In this document: one piece after another, positions 17,535 to 28,062 of the stretch
Numbering within the stretch: the first letter of the stretch is position 1
Layout: each line of letters starts with the position of its first letter
DNA from: an uncultured SAR86 cluster bacterium
Lineage (GTDB): Bacteria; Pseudomonadota; Gammaproteobacteria; Magnimaribacterales; D2472
Length of the DNA: 64,000 bases
Direction of reading: 5' to 3'
NCBI GenBank assembly: GCA_902541245.1
Contig: CACBPT010000001.1
Span: 21,433 to 85,432, forward strand
Notes under the pieces: generated by a model
What the model saw: the letters and a program-made list of their open reading frames with translations, nothing else
The model's database searches: none
Told to the model about the DNA's origin: nothing
Made by a program: the position numbers and the translations under genes

Positions 17535-18866
17535 TTAGTTGCTCAAACTAGAATATAACAATGTTTTAAGCTCTTCTCTGATTGGGTATCTGTCTGATGG
17601 CATGAACTGAGTCATCATTGTAGCTGTTACATTATTTTTTCTATCAACCCAAAAAATTGTGCTTGCTGCTCCACCCCAAAAAAATTCTCCTTCAGAAGAA
17701 AAAGTTCCAGCTACTCCAGGATTCATGATAGTTCCAACTGTTAAGCCAAATCCTACTCCTTCTAACCCAAATGCAGATCCATCTTTTAAGATTTCATCTG
17801 AAAGATGATTATTTGCCATTAAATCAACAGATGCCTCGCTAATAATTCTGACACCATTTAAGATGCCACCATTTAAAAGCATCTCAGCAAATTTACTATA
17901 ATCATCAATATTTGAGACTAAGCCTGAACCGCCGTCATAAAGTTTTGAGGAATTAGTAAGATAAGGTGACTTATCAAAAGCATCTATTGGCCGCAGATCT
18001 TTTGAAAATATAAGTTCAGCTTGATTTAGACCTGAGGGAGCCACAATTTCACCATCTCGAGAAAAAGCTCCTGAGGTGTAAAGAGTTGTAAATGAATCTT
18101 TATCACTTTCATTTACTGAAAAACCAATGCTTTTAAGTCCCAATGGTTCAAATATGTTTTTTTGTAAATATTCAGCAAAGGTGTCTCCAGAAATAACTTC
18201 AACTACACATCCCAAAATATCCATGTTAATTCCATATGACCATTTTTCTCCTGGATTATGAAGCAGGGGTGCAGATGCTGCAGCGGCAGAAAACTGACAG
18301 GTATTTCCTGGAAATTTATTTAATTCTGCATCCACAGCACCAAAATAATAGGGACGAATATTATTCTTTCTATATATTTGGTTGACTGGACCTTCACCAG
18401 CCCAACTGTATGTTAGCCCACTTGTATGAGTTAATAGGTCTCTAATTGTTATCTCTCTTTTTGGCTTAAGAACGTAGTCTTGAAAATCAAGATTTATAAC
18501 TTTGGTATCTTTAAAGGCAGGAATATATTTTGAGACTTTATCATTTAACCTCAATTTTCCATTCTCAATTAGTTGCATAATTGCAACGCCTGTAACTGGC
18601 TTGGTCATTGAATAAATTCTATAAACTGTTTTTCTATTTACACTTATTCCTTTTTCAATATCGGCATATCCAAAAGTATGACGAAGGATTTCTTTATTAT
18701 CTTTTTTAATTAAAATTGAGATATTAGGCAGGCTCCCATTATCAACATACTCGTTAAAATGATTTGTAATTCTTTGTTTATCGGCCAAGTCTAAGGAGTT
18801 AGCAGCTAGTTGGGATGATATCAAAAAAAATAATATTAATGATGTAAAGATTCTCATAAATTTCAC
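17535..18866 (-). CDS. Secreted serine hydrolase, beta-lactamase/esterase (class C-like) fold
   Basis: Signal peptide MKFMRIFTSLILFFLISSQLAA. SxxK motif in RIYSMTKPVTG. 443 aa. Confidence 0.8.
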   Translation of the reverse strand: MKFMRIFTSLILFFLISSQLAANSLDLADKQRITNHFNEYVDNGSLPNISILIKKDNKEILRHTFGYADIEKGISVNRKTVYRIYSMTKPVTGVAIMQLIENGKLRLNDKVSKYIPAFKDTKVINLDFQDYVLKPKREITIRDLLTHTSGLTYSWAGEGPVNQIYRKNNIRPYYFGAVDAELNKFPGNTCQFSAAAASAPLLHNPGEKWSYGINMDILGCVVEVISGDTFAEYLQKNIFEPLGLKSIGFSVNESDKDSFTTLYTSGAFSRDGEIVAPSGLNQAELIFSKDLRPIDAFDKSPYLTNSSKLYDGGSGLVSNIDDYSKFAEMLLNGGILNGVRIISEASVDLMANNHLSDEILKDGSAFGLEGVGFGLTVGTIMNPGVAGTFSSEGEFFWGGAASTIFWVDRKNNVTATMMTQFMPSDRYPIREELKTLLYSSLSN

Positions 18867-18906
18867 CTATAATTTATCAATATTATTTTATTACACTAAC
18901 GAACTA

Positions 18907-19311
18907 ATGGCATCCTCCCAAATAAATTTAAATAATCCTCCAAAATTTTTATCAATTCTGGGATCTAAAGATGTTAAATTTGATGAAATTAATGAATCTA
19001 TAACAATGATCTTTGAAATAAGTGATGAGCTTACGCATTCTGATGGAAAAATAGTGCAGGGTGGATTTATTACAGCCATGCTTGATGCCACTATGGCACA
19101 TCTACTAATTTTCGTGAAAAAAGGAGAATATAATCCATTAACTCTTGGTATTAATGTTGCATTTCTTGCATCAGGGTCACCAGGTATTTTTACTGCAAAA
19201 GCAAAGATCGAGAAACTAGGAAAGAGTATTGTTTTTACAACTGGTTCACTTCTTCAAGAAGACAAATTGATTGCTACTGCATCATCAACTAATAAACTTA
19301 TTAAACTTTAA
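18907..19311 (+). CDS. PaaI-family hotdog-fold thioesterase
   Basis: HSDGKIVQGGFITAMLDATMA core motif, 134 aa. Confidence 0.7.
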   Translation: MASSQINLNNPPKFLSILGSKDVKFDEINESITMIFEISDELTHSDGKIVQGGFITAMLDATMAHLLIFVKKGEYNPLTLGINVAFLASGSPGIFTAKAKIEKLGKSIVFTTGSLLQEDKLIATASSTNKLIKL

Positions 19312-19331
19312 AAATTATTTATCTGTTTAAA

Positions 19332-20420
19332 ATGAATATGAAAGAAAACTTTCTTAATTTTATAGATAGTGTAAAGCCTGAGAAAGACTTTATTGATGAA
19401 GAAATTCCAAAAGCGCCTAATTATGACGATAAATCATATTGGGCAGCTTTGCCTGAGCGTGATGGATTACATAACTTATCACCTGATAATAAACCATCCA
19501 TGGAAATTAAAAATTTTGATGTTTTTTATATTCATCCAACCGGTTATTTTTTAAAACATTGGAATGAGCCACTTGAAGATGATTCTGCCTCATATGAGAG
19601 GACTGGGAGTCATCTAGCATCTCAAGCATCTGCATTCTCAGAAACATGTAACGTTTATGCTCCCTACTACCGACAAGCAACATATTTTTCATTTTATGAT
19701 GCACAGTCAAACGGAGCTTTGGCTCAAGATGTTGCCTATTCTGATGTTGTGAATGCATTTAATGTGTATATGGAAAAATTCAATTCTGGAAGACCCTTTT
19801 TTATAGCTGGCCATAGCCAAGGAGCATTGCACGGACAAAGACTTGTACACGAATATATTTCTCTGAATCCAAATAGGCAGAAATTTATTGCAGCATATTT
19901 GATTGGATACATATTACCAATAAAGCATTTTAATAATTTATATCCTGATCTTTTCATCTCAAAATCTGCAGATGATCAAAAATCAATAATTTCATGGAGC
20001 ACAGGTTTGCAGGGATTTACTAGAAGCAGAGCCCATTCAATGTTTTGGTTACCCAATGGATGGACAACTGAAAATATGGAACAGCCATTAGTGTGTCAAA
20101 ACCCTTTATGTTGGACTTCAAATAAAGATTGGCAGCATGACAAAGATAATATTGTTATTAGACTAAGATCAAATAATTCTTTTCTAACTGACTATTCTGC
20201 TACAAAACATAAACACTCTAGGATATCGATTGATTCAATTGATGATTTAGACTTTGAAGCCAGATATTCTAAAAACTTCATGATTGAAACTCGAGGACCA
20301 TTAATTGACAAAATCAAACCATTTGCTCCTAATGGAGATCTACACAACTTTGATATGTCATTGTTTTGGGGCGCAATCAGAAATAACGTTAAAGTGAGAG
20401 CAAATGCATTTCAAACATAA
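19332..20420 (+). CDS. DUF3089-like alpha/beta hydrolase (lipase-like)
   Basis: DVFYIHPTGY and nucleophile elbow FFIAGHSQGA. Confidence 0.6.
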   Translation: MNMKENFLNFIDSVKPEKDFIDEEIPKAPNYDDKSYWAALPERDGLHNLSPDNKPSMEIKNFDVFYIHPTGYFLKHWNEPLEDDSASYERTGSHLASQASAFSETCNVYAPYYRQATYFSFYDAQSNGALAQDVAYSDVVNAFNVYMEKFNSGRPFFIAGHSQGALHGQRLVHEYISLNPNRQKFIAAYLIGYILPIKHFNNLYPDLFISKSADDQKSIISWSTGLQGFTRSRAHSMFWLPNGWTTENMEQPLVCQNPLCWTSNKDWQHDKDNIVIRLRSNNSFLTDYSATKHKHSRISIDSIDDLDFEARYSKNFMIETRGPLIDKIKPFAPNGDLHNFDMSLFWGAIRNNVKVRANAFQT

Positions 20421-21354
20421 ACTCAGCATTTTTTTCCTTTTAATTATTTGTATTGATGCATCGTCGTTTAATGAAGGATATGCTTTAAATGAAAATACAA
20501 AGATTGCTTTCAGAGATTATGGGCCTCCTTCTGGCAAACCAATATTGCTAGTCACGGGATTAGGTGCTCAACTCACTCTTTGGCCTGATTTTTTAATAGA
20601 TGAATTACAGGCAAATAATTTTAGACCCATTGTTTATGACAATAGAGATGTTGGTCTTTCAACAAGATTTTCCTCACAGCCATCTCAATTTTTAAATTAT
20701 TTAAAATATTTTTTATTCATTCCAATTAATCCCGAGTATTCAATTGCTGATATGGCATCCGATGGTATATCTGTTCTTGATGAATTGAAAATTGATCAAT
20801 CACATATCTTGGGAATGTCCATGGGAGGCATGATTTCTCAAGTGATGGTTGCTAATTACCCCTCTCGAGTCAAGTCATTTACTATGATTTCATCTACAGC
20901 GTCAACCCCCAATCCATTCAATGGACCAGAATTCAAGATCACCAGACAACTATTAAAAAGATCTGCTGCTAAAGATGACATAGAGGGCAGGATAGAGCAA
21001 TCTATTAAACTTTTTGGGCTAATTGGGACACCTGATACTAATTATGACACTCCAGAATTAAGAGAACACATGCGTTCATACATAAAAAGAGGAGGAGACG
21101 ATGGGGGTTTTATAAGACAAATGGCTGCCATTGTAGGTTCAAAAAATAGAAAAAAATTAGTTAAATCTATACAGACTCCAACCTTAATCATTCATGGAGA
21201 TATTGATCCATTAATTAAAGTTAAAAATGCGTATCAGGCGCATAAACTTATTGGCTCAAGTGAGCTTATTATTGTAGAAGGAATGGGCCATTTACTTGAT
21301 AAGAAGGCTTTTAAAAAATTCCAATCTCAGCTAATAAAATTTCTAAATAATTAA
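20404..21354 (+). CDS. Secreted alpha/beta hydrolase
   Basis: N-terminal hydrophobic leader MHFKHKLSIFFLLIICIDA. PILLVTGLG, GMSMGG, and C-terminal GMGHLL. Confidence 0.8.
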   Translation: MHFKHKLSIFFLLIICIDASSFNEGYALNENTKIAFRDYGPPSGKPILLVTGLGAQLTLWPDFLIDELQANNFRPIVYDNRDVGLSTRFSSQPSQFLNYLKYFLFIPINPEYSIADMASDGISVLDELKIDQSHILGMSMGGMISQVMVANYPSRVKSFTMISSTASTPNPFNGPEFKITRQLLKRSAAKDDIEGRIEQSIKLFGLIGTPDTNYDTPELREHMRSYIKRGGDDGGFIRQMAAIVGSKNRKKLVKSIQTPTLIIHGDIDPLIKVKNAYQAHKLIGSSELIIVEGMGHLLDKKAFKKFQSQLIKFLNN

Positions 21355-21388
21355 ACAGAAAACATAATTTTTTTCGATACAATATCAC

Positions 21389-22789
21389 ATGGCTATTCAA
21401 GTAAAAGAAAAATTTTTTTATGCCTCAGGAGCAATCGCAAATGGAGTTAAGAATGATGCCTTTACATTCTTTCTTTTGTTTTTTTATTCTAACATTATAG
21501 GCCTGACCCCAGGATTAGCCAGTTTAGCAATCTTTATAGCGTTGTTAGTCGACGCTTTTACAGATCCATTAATGGGAGTCATATCTGACAGAACTCAACA
21601 TAAATTAGGAAGACGACATCCATATTTTTTACTAGGTATGATTCCAATGTCATTGTCTTACTTCATGCTTTTTTCTATCCAGACTTCTTGGCAGTTATCT
21701 CAACAACATTTATTTCTATGGATGCTAAGTTTTACTTTATTAACCAGATTAGGCATGACAATTTTTGAAGTACCGCATAGGTCACTGGGAAGTGAAATGA
21801 CAAGATCATACACAGAAAGAACATCAATATTTGCAGCTAGGGAGCTTTTAGGATGGTTTGGTGGTTTATTTAATGCATTTTTAGCATACACAATATTTTT
21901 TAAAGATACTCCTGATTACATGCCTGGAACAAAGAATCCTGATCCATGGATCTATTACGGTATGACTGGAGCAAGTATAATGTGTATTTCAGTCTTGCTT
22001 ACATACTTTGGAACATTAAAGTATCGAAATCATTCCGATGCAAAAATAGCAACTTTCAATTTAAAGTTAATACTAAATCAAATTTTTATTGCTTTGAAAA
22101 ATAAATCTTTTTTAATATTCTTTTTTGGATATTTGTTTATTGCAATTAGTTGGGGCATGGGAAGTTCTTTGCAGATATACATGAATACATATTTCTGGGA
22201 ATTTAAATCAATTATGCTGGCTTCATATCTTGGAATTTATGTTTTATCAACATTAAGTGCGTATTTAATTGTTCCTAGATTAGTTGAAGTAATTGAAAAA
22301 AAAACTATTTTATTAATTGCAATTTCTTTTGCAGCTTTAATACCCCCAATACCCATAATTTTGTTTATTAATAACTTACTTCCAGATACAGGAACTTGGA
22401 ATCTTTTTTACGCAACAATTCCATTTGTATATGTTGCAAATACTTGTCTATCTTCAAGTGCGATTATAAGAGAATCAATGTTGGGTGATATAAGTGATGA
22501 AGTTGAATTAGAGAGTGGTATAGGTCAGCAAGGATTAATGTTTGCTTCAAGCTCTTTGATTGGTAAATTGAATACGGGTTTAGGAATTTTAATGGCAGGC
22601 ATTACCTTAGAATTTATAAATTTTCCTCAGGGAACTGATGTAACACCTTCTGCAGAAAATATATTTAATCTTGCAATGGTTCAAGGTCCATTAGTTGCAA
22701 TTTTAATGATTATTCCATTTGGAATATTTTCATTATATAAGATAGATAGATATAGACATCAACAAATTCTTGCTAAACTAAATCACTAA
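21389..22789 (+). CDS. MFS_2 / glycoside-pentoside-hexuronide (GPH) family cation symporter
   Basis: DAFTDPLMGVISDRTQHKLGRRHPYF loop motif typical of MelB/GPH-type transporters. About 12 hydrophobic segments. Confidence 0.8.
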   Translation: MAIQVKEKFFYASGAIANGVKNDAFTFFLLFFYSNIIGLTPGLASLAIFIALLVDAFTDPLMGVISDRTQHKLGRRHPYFLLGMIPMSLSYFMLFSIQTSWQLSQQHLFLWMLSFTLLTRLGMTIFEVPHRSLGSEMTRSYTERTSIFAARELLGWFGGLFNAFLAYTIFFKDTPDYMPGTKNPDPWIYYGMTGASIMCISVLLTYFGTLKYRNHSDAKIATFNLKLILNQIFIALKNKSFLIFFFGYLFIAISWGMGSSLQIYMNTYFWEFKSIMLASYLGIYVLSTLSAYLIVPRLVEVIEKKTILLIAISFAALIPPIPIILFINNLLPDTGTWNLFYATIPFVYVANTCLSSSAIIRESMLGDISDEVELESGIGQQGLMFASSSLIGKLNTGLGILMAGITLEFINFPQGTDVTPSAENIFNLAMVQGPLVAILMIIPFGIFSLYKIDRYRHQQILAKLNH

Positions 22790-22808
22790 AACATTAATTT
22801 TATTAATT

Positions 22809-23054
22809 ATGAAAGCAGCACATGTAATTACATTATTTCTTTGGGCATTTGGGATAGTGAATCTTTTTGAACCATTCAATGGATGGTTATTTTATTTGGC
22901 TTCAGGGATATTCTATTTACTTCTTATTGCACATTTAGTTGAATGTGTTATCTACAGAAATAAAATTCATAATTCTGATGATTCTCCATTTGTTGCATTT
23001 TCTATGACCCTTTTATTTGGTGTTGTATACCTTAGCTCAATAAAAGACTCTTAA
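22809..23054 (+). CDS. Small integral membrane protein (possibly DUF1145-like)
   Basis: 81 aa with three hydrophobic segments and LLLIAHLVECVIY. The family call is from memory only. Confidence 0.45.
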   Translation: MKAAHVITLFLWAFGIVNLFEPFNGWLFYLASGIFYLLLIAHLVECVIYRNKIHNSDDSPFVAFSMTLLFGVVYLSSIKDS

Positions 23055-23056
23055 TT

Positions 23057-24427
23057 TTGGAAGTTTTAGATGGGGGAGATAAAATCCCCAAAGGGTCAAT
23101 GGGTGTATGGAAACTCGCTTGGCCCTCAATTCTTACAAATCTTTTCTACGCTACTAGCTCAATCGTTGCAATTAAAGTAGTTGGAGGTCTTGGACCTGAT
23201 GCAATTGCTGCAGCAGTAACAGGTCAAAGAGTTACATTTATTCTGCAAGCTATTTTAACTGGAGTTTTAGCTGGATCAACAGCATTAATTGCGAGACATT
23301 GGGGCGCAAAAGATAAGTTAGAGGCAGGAATTTTTTTTACTAGAACTGTTCAATTAGTTATTTTTTTATCTATTATTTCTGCATTTTTGATTTGGCAATT
23401 TGCTGAACCACTCGTAAGATTTTTCGGCTTAAAAAATCAAGCTTTAATTTACTCCTCCGATTATTTAAAAGCTGTTGCACCTTTTTATATAGCATTTGGA
23501 TGTGGAATGGCATTAATTACTGCATTAAGAGCTGTTGGCGATGTAAAAACACCTTTATTTATTGGCGTGATTATGAATTTATTTGCTATTTTTTTTATGA
23601 TGGTTTTTGTGAATGGATGGCTGGGTTTTCCTGAATATGGTGTGATTGGTGCAGCTCTTGGCAATGGTCTTTCATTTGTTATTGGAGCGGCATTATTAAT
23701 AGTATTTTGGTTATCAAATCAATTATCTGTTAGATATTCAACGATCTTTGATCTAGATTTAGATCGAGTGAAAGAAATTTTTAAAGTGGGGTTGCCAGCA
23801 GCACTTGAACAAGTTATTTTTCAACTTGGTATTACAGCTTTTCTTATTTTAGTTGCATATTATGGAACTGAAGCTTATGCAGCTTACGGAATTGGAGTTC
23901 AAATTTTATCTTTTTCATTTGTTATTGGATTTGGTTTTTCAATAGCTGGCGCTACATTGGTTGGACAGCATCTAGGTGCTAAAAATAAAAATCAAGCAAA
24001 AAGAGCCGGATGGGGAGCAATGAGGCTCTCTATAGTTTCTATGACATTTTTTGGAGTTATTATTGCTACTTTTGCTGAGCCGCTGGCAAGATTTATGATT
24101 GATAATGATGAAGTAGTAAGATTAACTGTAATATTTATATGGTTGCTAGGGTCAATGCAACCACTAATGGCAATAGAATTTTCAATTGGAGGAGCACTTA
24201 GAGGTGCAGGTGACACTAAAACCCCCTTGGCAATTACATTAACATGTTTACTTTTTATTAGAGTATTTCTTGCACTGATATTCTTTTTACTAGATGCAAG
24301 TATAGAAATAATTTTCTCAACCCTCCTTGCCGACTACATAGTAAAAGGTTTTTTATATGTTTCTAGATTTAGATCTGATAAGTGGATGAATGTATTAAAG
24401 ATTAAGGAAGCTGATCAGCAACCTTAA
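23057..24427 (+). CDS. MATE-family multidrug/toxin efflux transporter
   Basis: 12-TM pattern with AIKVVGGLGPDAIAA and ALRGAGDTKTPL. The track start is a TTG. The in-frame ATG at 23096 (MGVWKLAWP) is an alternative start. Confidence 0.85.
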   Translation: MEVLDGGDKIPKGSMGVWKLAWPSILTNLFYATSSIVAIKVVGGLGPDAIAAAVTGQRVTFILQAILTGVLAGSTALIARHWGAKDKLEAGIFFTRTVQLVIFLSIISAFLIWQFAEPLVRFFGLKNQALIYSSDYLKAVAPFYIAFGCGMALITALRAVGDVKTPLFIGVIMNLFAIFFMMVFVNGWLGFPEYGVIGAALGNGLSFVIGAALLIVFWLSNQLSVRYSTIFDLDLDRVKEIFKVGLPAALEQVIFQLGITAFLILVAYYGTEAYAAYGIGVQILSFSFVIGFGFSIAGATLVGQHLGAKNKNQAKRAGWGAMRLSIVSMTFFGVIIATFAEPLARFMIDNDEVVRLTVIFIWLLGSMQPLMAIEFSIGGALRGAGDTKTPLAITLTCLLFIRVFLALIFFLLDASIEIIFSTLLADYIVKGFLYVSRFRSDKWMNVLKIKEADQQP

Positions 24428-25832
24428 TTAAAACTTCAATCACTCTTTTCCAAAGCTTATTTTCGTTTGCATTTATTTTTTGTGATTGAAGGTTATTAAT
24501 AAACTTAATTAATAGATTTTTAACATCATCTTTTGAGATGCTTGTCTTTGAAAATTTATTTTGTAACATTTCTAAAGCTATTTTTTGCTTGAGGGCTTGA
24601 TTAGATTTAGGTACATCTATTTGTGCAATTAGCTCAAGCTTAACTACGCTTTCAAGTAAAGCATCTTCATCTCCAATATAAAGAGGGGACTTTAATACCT
24701 TTAAAATATCTTTATTAATAATTTCATTTTGCACATCTCCTTTCTCAAGATTAATAAGAATATTTTTATAAGCCACTAATTTTTCTTCGAACATTATTGA
24801 AATTTGTTTTTTTTCGAATGCTATAACTTCTTTCTGAAGTTTGATAAATTCTGGAGACTTTCTTACTTTAGTAATATCTTTAATTTGGTTTTTAACTTTT
24901 TTAACCTTACAGTTGTCTTCCTTGAGTTCATTTGATAAATTTTTAATAAGAGCAAGCTCATCATTTGCTGCTGCTTTTTCTTCAATAAAAAACTTATCAG
25001 CAGCTTCGTTTAGTTTTTTCCATAAAAGAGGCTCATTTTTTTTTCCACTTGGACCTGTTTCTTGATATTCACGTTTAATTTTTTTAAATTTTTGTATGCA
25101 CACCTGATTATCATCATCACTAATTAATTCCACTTTCTTAATTAGGGACTCTTTGATCTTATAATTTTTATTTTCTTGATCTTTGATAGCATCATTGATT
25201 GGCTCTCTAGAAAGGTGAAATTCAGATTTTAATTTTGAGAAGTCTTCATCGAGCACCGGAGCAAATTTTTGCCATGACTGAAAAGTTTTACTTAAGTATT
25301 TAGTCATATCAATTAATCCAGGCCATTTTCCAGAATACTTGTTAGTATATTGATTAATATCTTCTATTATTTTCTTTCTCTCCATAGCATTAGAGATTTT
25401 AATAGCTTTTAATTCCTCATAATATTGTGCGCATGGCTCCCATGCTTTATCTGTAAGCTTTTTAAAGCTCATCCATTGATCTCGACTCGCTGGTTTGGAA
25501 GTCTGATCTAATAACTGCCATCTTGTTTGTAAACTATGAATTTCGTTAGCTTGCTTTTTGGGATTTTCTAAAGGTTTAGAAATTAATTTTTCAATCTCTT
25601 CAATAATTTCATTTCTTTTTGGATTTGTTGCAAATGAAGAGATTTCATTAAAGTATCTAGATTGAGCAGACATAAAATTAAATCTGTGTCTCAATTTGTT
25701 CGAAACTTTTCCCTCCGCTTTTATTAATCTAGAAACTTCGCTAACAATTTTTTGTGCTAATTTTATTTGACCAGCTTCAAAATGTTTTTCAGCTTTGTCT
25801 AATGAGTTGAATAAAGTTTTGTGAGTTTCCAC
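24402..25832 (-). CDS. DUF349-like helical repeat protein
   Basis: Lys/Glu-rich helical protein with recurring W-x-x-L / LWKKLNEAADKFF-type repeats. 476 aa. Confidence 0.55.
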   Translation of the reverse strand: METHKTLFNSLDKAEKHFEAGQIKLAQKIVSEVSRLIKAEGKVSNKLRHRFNFMSAQSRYFNEISSFATNPKRNEIIEEIEKLISKPLENPKKQANEIHSLQTRWQLLDQTSKPASRDQWMSFKKLTDKAWEPCAQYYEELKAIKISNAMERKKIIEDINQYTNKYSGKWPGLIDMTKYLSKTFQSWQKFAPVLDEDFSKLKSEFHLSREPINDAIKDQENKNYKIKESLIKKVELISDDDNQVCIQKFKKIKREYQETGPSGKKNEPLLWKKLNEAADKFFIEEKAAANDELALIKNLSNELKEDNCKVKKVKNQIKDITKVRKSPEFIKLQKEVIAFEKKQISIMFEEKLVAYKNILINLEKGDVQNEIINKDILKVLKSPLYIGDEDALLESVVKLELIAQIDVPKSNQALKQKIALEMLQNKFSKTSISKDDVKNLLIKFINNLQSQKINANENKLWKRVIEVLIKVADQLP

Positions 25833-25865
25833 AATAGTTAATTTTGATGTTTATAATTATCTTAA

Positions 25866-26864
25866 ATGAAGAAAAGAATTTTAACAGGTATTACAACAAC
25901 TGGTACTCCTCATATAGGAAATTATTTAGGCGCTATTAAGCCTGCGCTTGATTTAGTAGAGCCAGATAATGATTCATTTTTTTTTCTTGCAGATTATCAT
26001 GCTTTGATAAAACAAAATAATCCTAGAGAAATTGAGAAAAGTGTCAAAAATGTTGCTCTAGCTTGGCTTTCATCAGGCTTAGATCCTGAGATTTCAAATT
26101 TTTATAGGCAGTCTGACATCCCAGAAGTTCATGAATTAACATGGATTTTAAATTGTAGCGCATCCAAAGGACTGCTAAATAGGGCTCATGCCTATAAATC
26201 AATGACAGCTGAAAATACACAAGCTGGAAATGATGAGGATAAAGCTATTAATATGGGGTTATTTTCATATCCAGTATTGATGGCATCAGATATTTTGATA
26301 TTTAATGCAACACATGTACCTGTTGGACCTGATCAAGCTCAGCATATGGAAATGACTCGAGATATAGCTGGTACTTTTAATCATTCATATTCAAATTTAT
26401 TAGTATTACCAGAGGCCATTATTCAGAATGAAGTATCAGTTCCAGGAATTGATGGAAGAAAAATGAGTAAATCTTATAACAATATTGTTCCATTTCTATC
26501 ATCAGAAAAAGATTTAGAGAAATCTATCTCAAAAATTGTTACAAATTCATTAGAGCCTGGTCAGGCAAAAGATACAAAAGACTGCACTCTTTTTCAGTTA
26601 TATTCATTTTTTGCTACCACTGATGAAATTAACGAAATGAATCAAGCATACAAGGATGGAATTGGATGGGGTGATGCTAAGAAAAAACTATTTTCAATTA
26701 TTAATTCTGAAATATCTCCTATTAGAGAAAAATATTTTGAATTAAATGATAAACCAAATTTATTAAATGATTTATTCTTTGAAGGGGCACGGAAAGTTCG
26801 TCCTCAAGCACAAGAACTTATTGGAAGACTACGTGAGGCCCTAGGTATAAATAAAATTGTATAA
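25866..26864 (+). CDS. trpS: Tryptophanyl-tRNA synthetase
   Basis: HIGH-type TGTPHIGNYLGA and KMSKS. 332 aa. Confidence 0.92.
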   Translation: MKKRILTGITTTGTPHIGNYLGAIKPALDLVEPDNDSFFFLADYHALIKQNNPREIEKSVKNVALAWLSSGLDPEISNFYRQSDIPEVHELTWILNCSASKGLLNRAHAYKSMTAENTQAGNDEDKAINMGLFSYPVLMASDILIFNATHVPVGPDQAQHMEMTRDIAGTFNHSYSNLLVLPEAIIQNEVSVPGIDGRKMSKSYNNIVPFLSSEKDLEKSISKIVTNSLEPGQAKDTKDCTLFQLYSFFATTDEINEMNQAYKDGIGWGDAKKKLFSIINSEISPIREKYFELNDKPNLLNDLFFEGARKVRPQAQELIGRLREALGINKIV

Positions 26865-28062
26865 ACCTTCGTCTTGGCTAAAGTTTGGTTTATTTTCAGT
26901 TGGCCTTGGTCAATCCTTTGCATTTGTCTTGGTGCCACCATTAGCAAGAGATTTAGGTTTAACAGTTGTTGAAACATCATTAATTTTTTCTATTTCAGCA
27001 GTAGCATGGGCTGTAACTAGTTCTTCGTGGGGGAGAGTATCAGATAAATATGGCAGAAAAAATATTGCCGTCATAGGTTTAATTGGGTATTCAGTCTCAA
27101 TCATTGCGTTAATTACTCCGCTTTTTCTTGTTGAAAGAAATTTATTAGATTTTGTTTTCCTTTTGCCTTTATTAATATTTGGAAGGTTAATAAATGGACT
27201 TATTGGCTCAGCTACAAGACCTGCTGCTTTTGCATATATTGCAGATATTTCAGAGAAATCCAAACGAACAAAGAAATTTGCAAGGCTTGAATCGAGCTTT
27301 TTAGTTGGGACGATAATGGGTCCGATGATAGGCGGATTTCTTTTTTTATACTCAAAACCTTTACCATTCTATATTTTTGCAACATGTGGGTTTATTTCTG
27401 CTTTAGGAATTTTCTATACATTTCCTAAAACAACTTTATTAAAAGAGAAAGCCGAGGACATGCTTTCTAAGCTATCATTTAAAGATAAAAGTGTTTGGCC
27501 ATTTCTATTTATCGCCGCGCTTTCATCTCTCTGTCAGGCATCACTATTGCAGTCAATTGGATTTTTTATTACCGATGTTTTTTCTGACGAAAAAGATCTT
27601 CCATTAGTAATTAGCTTAACATTCGTTGTGCTTTCATTATCAACAGTTGTAAGCCAATATATATTTACTGATATAAAACCAATAAGTAATGATAAATTAT
27701 TGATTTACGGAACTTTTCTTACATTAATATCTTACATTATTGCCGCACTCTCAACCTCAATAGCATTATTTTATTTATCTATGATGATAAATGGTTTAGG
27801 CACTGGCATGTTTAGACCTGCAAATGCATCTTCTTTATCACTTGCTCAAAGCACTGACAATCAAGGTAAGGCAGCAGGTTATTTGGGTTCTGTTATGCCA
27901 ATTGGCCATGTGCTTACACCAATTATTGCCATGCCAATATACCAACTTAGTCCTGAGTATTTATATTTTTTTAGTGCTTTCCTATGTTTTGTATCTTTAT
28001 TATTTATAATATTGCATCCAATACTGAAAAATAATGAACAAGCCAGCACTATTATTAATTAA
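26857..28062 (+). CDS. MFS transporter
   Basis: 12 hydrophobic segments with the MFS loop motif WGRVSDKYGRKN. Confidence 0.8.
   Translation: MYKPSSWLKFGLFSVGLGQSFAFVLVPPLARDLGLTVVETSLIFSISAVAWAVTSSSWGRVSDKYGRKNIAVIGLIGYSVSIIALITPLFLVERNLLDFVFLLPLLIFGRLINGLIGSATRPAAFAYIADISEKSKRTKKFARLESSFLVGTIMGPMIGGFLFLYSKPLPFYIFATCGFISALGIFYTFPKTTLLKEKAEDMLSKLSFKDKSVWPFLFIAALSSLCQASLLQSIGFFITDVFSDEKDLPLVISLTFVVLSLSTVVSQYIFTDIKPISNDKLLIYGTFLTLISYIIAALSTSIALFYLSMMINGLGTGMFRPANASSLSLAQSTDNQGKAAGYLGSVMPIGHVLTPIIAMPIYQLSPEYLYFFSAFLCFVSLLFIILHPILKNNEQASTIIN

Noticed and set aside
17376-17540. A reading frame starting ATGATGACC that runs straight through the tRNA-Ser gene.
   Set aside because: The cloverleaf of the tRNA is unambiguous, so the ORF is an artefact of reading through a structural RNA.
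18891-19091. 66-aa minus-strand ORF overlapping the start of the thioesterase gene.
   Set aside because: It is opposite the PaaI thioesterase, whose motifs are clear. The translation is Ser/Ile-rich low complexity.
23057-23095. Possibility that the TTG-initiated first 13 codons of the MATE gene mark a frameshift or pseudogene junction with the preceding small membrane ORF.
   Set aside because: A TAA stop at 23052-23054 cleanly ends the small ORF, and the MATE frame is intact with either start (TTG 23057 or ATG 23096). There is no evidence of disruption.
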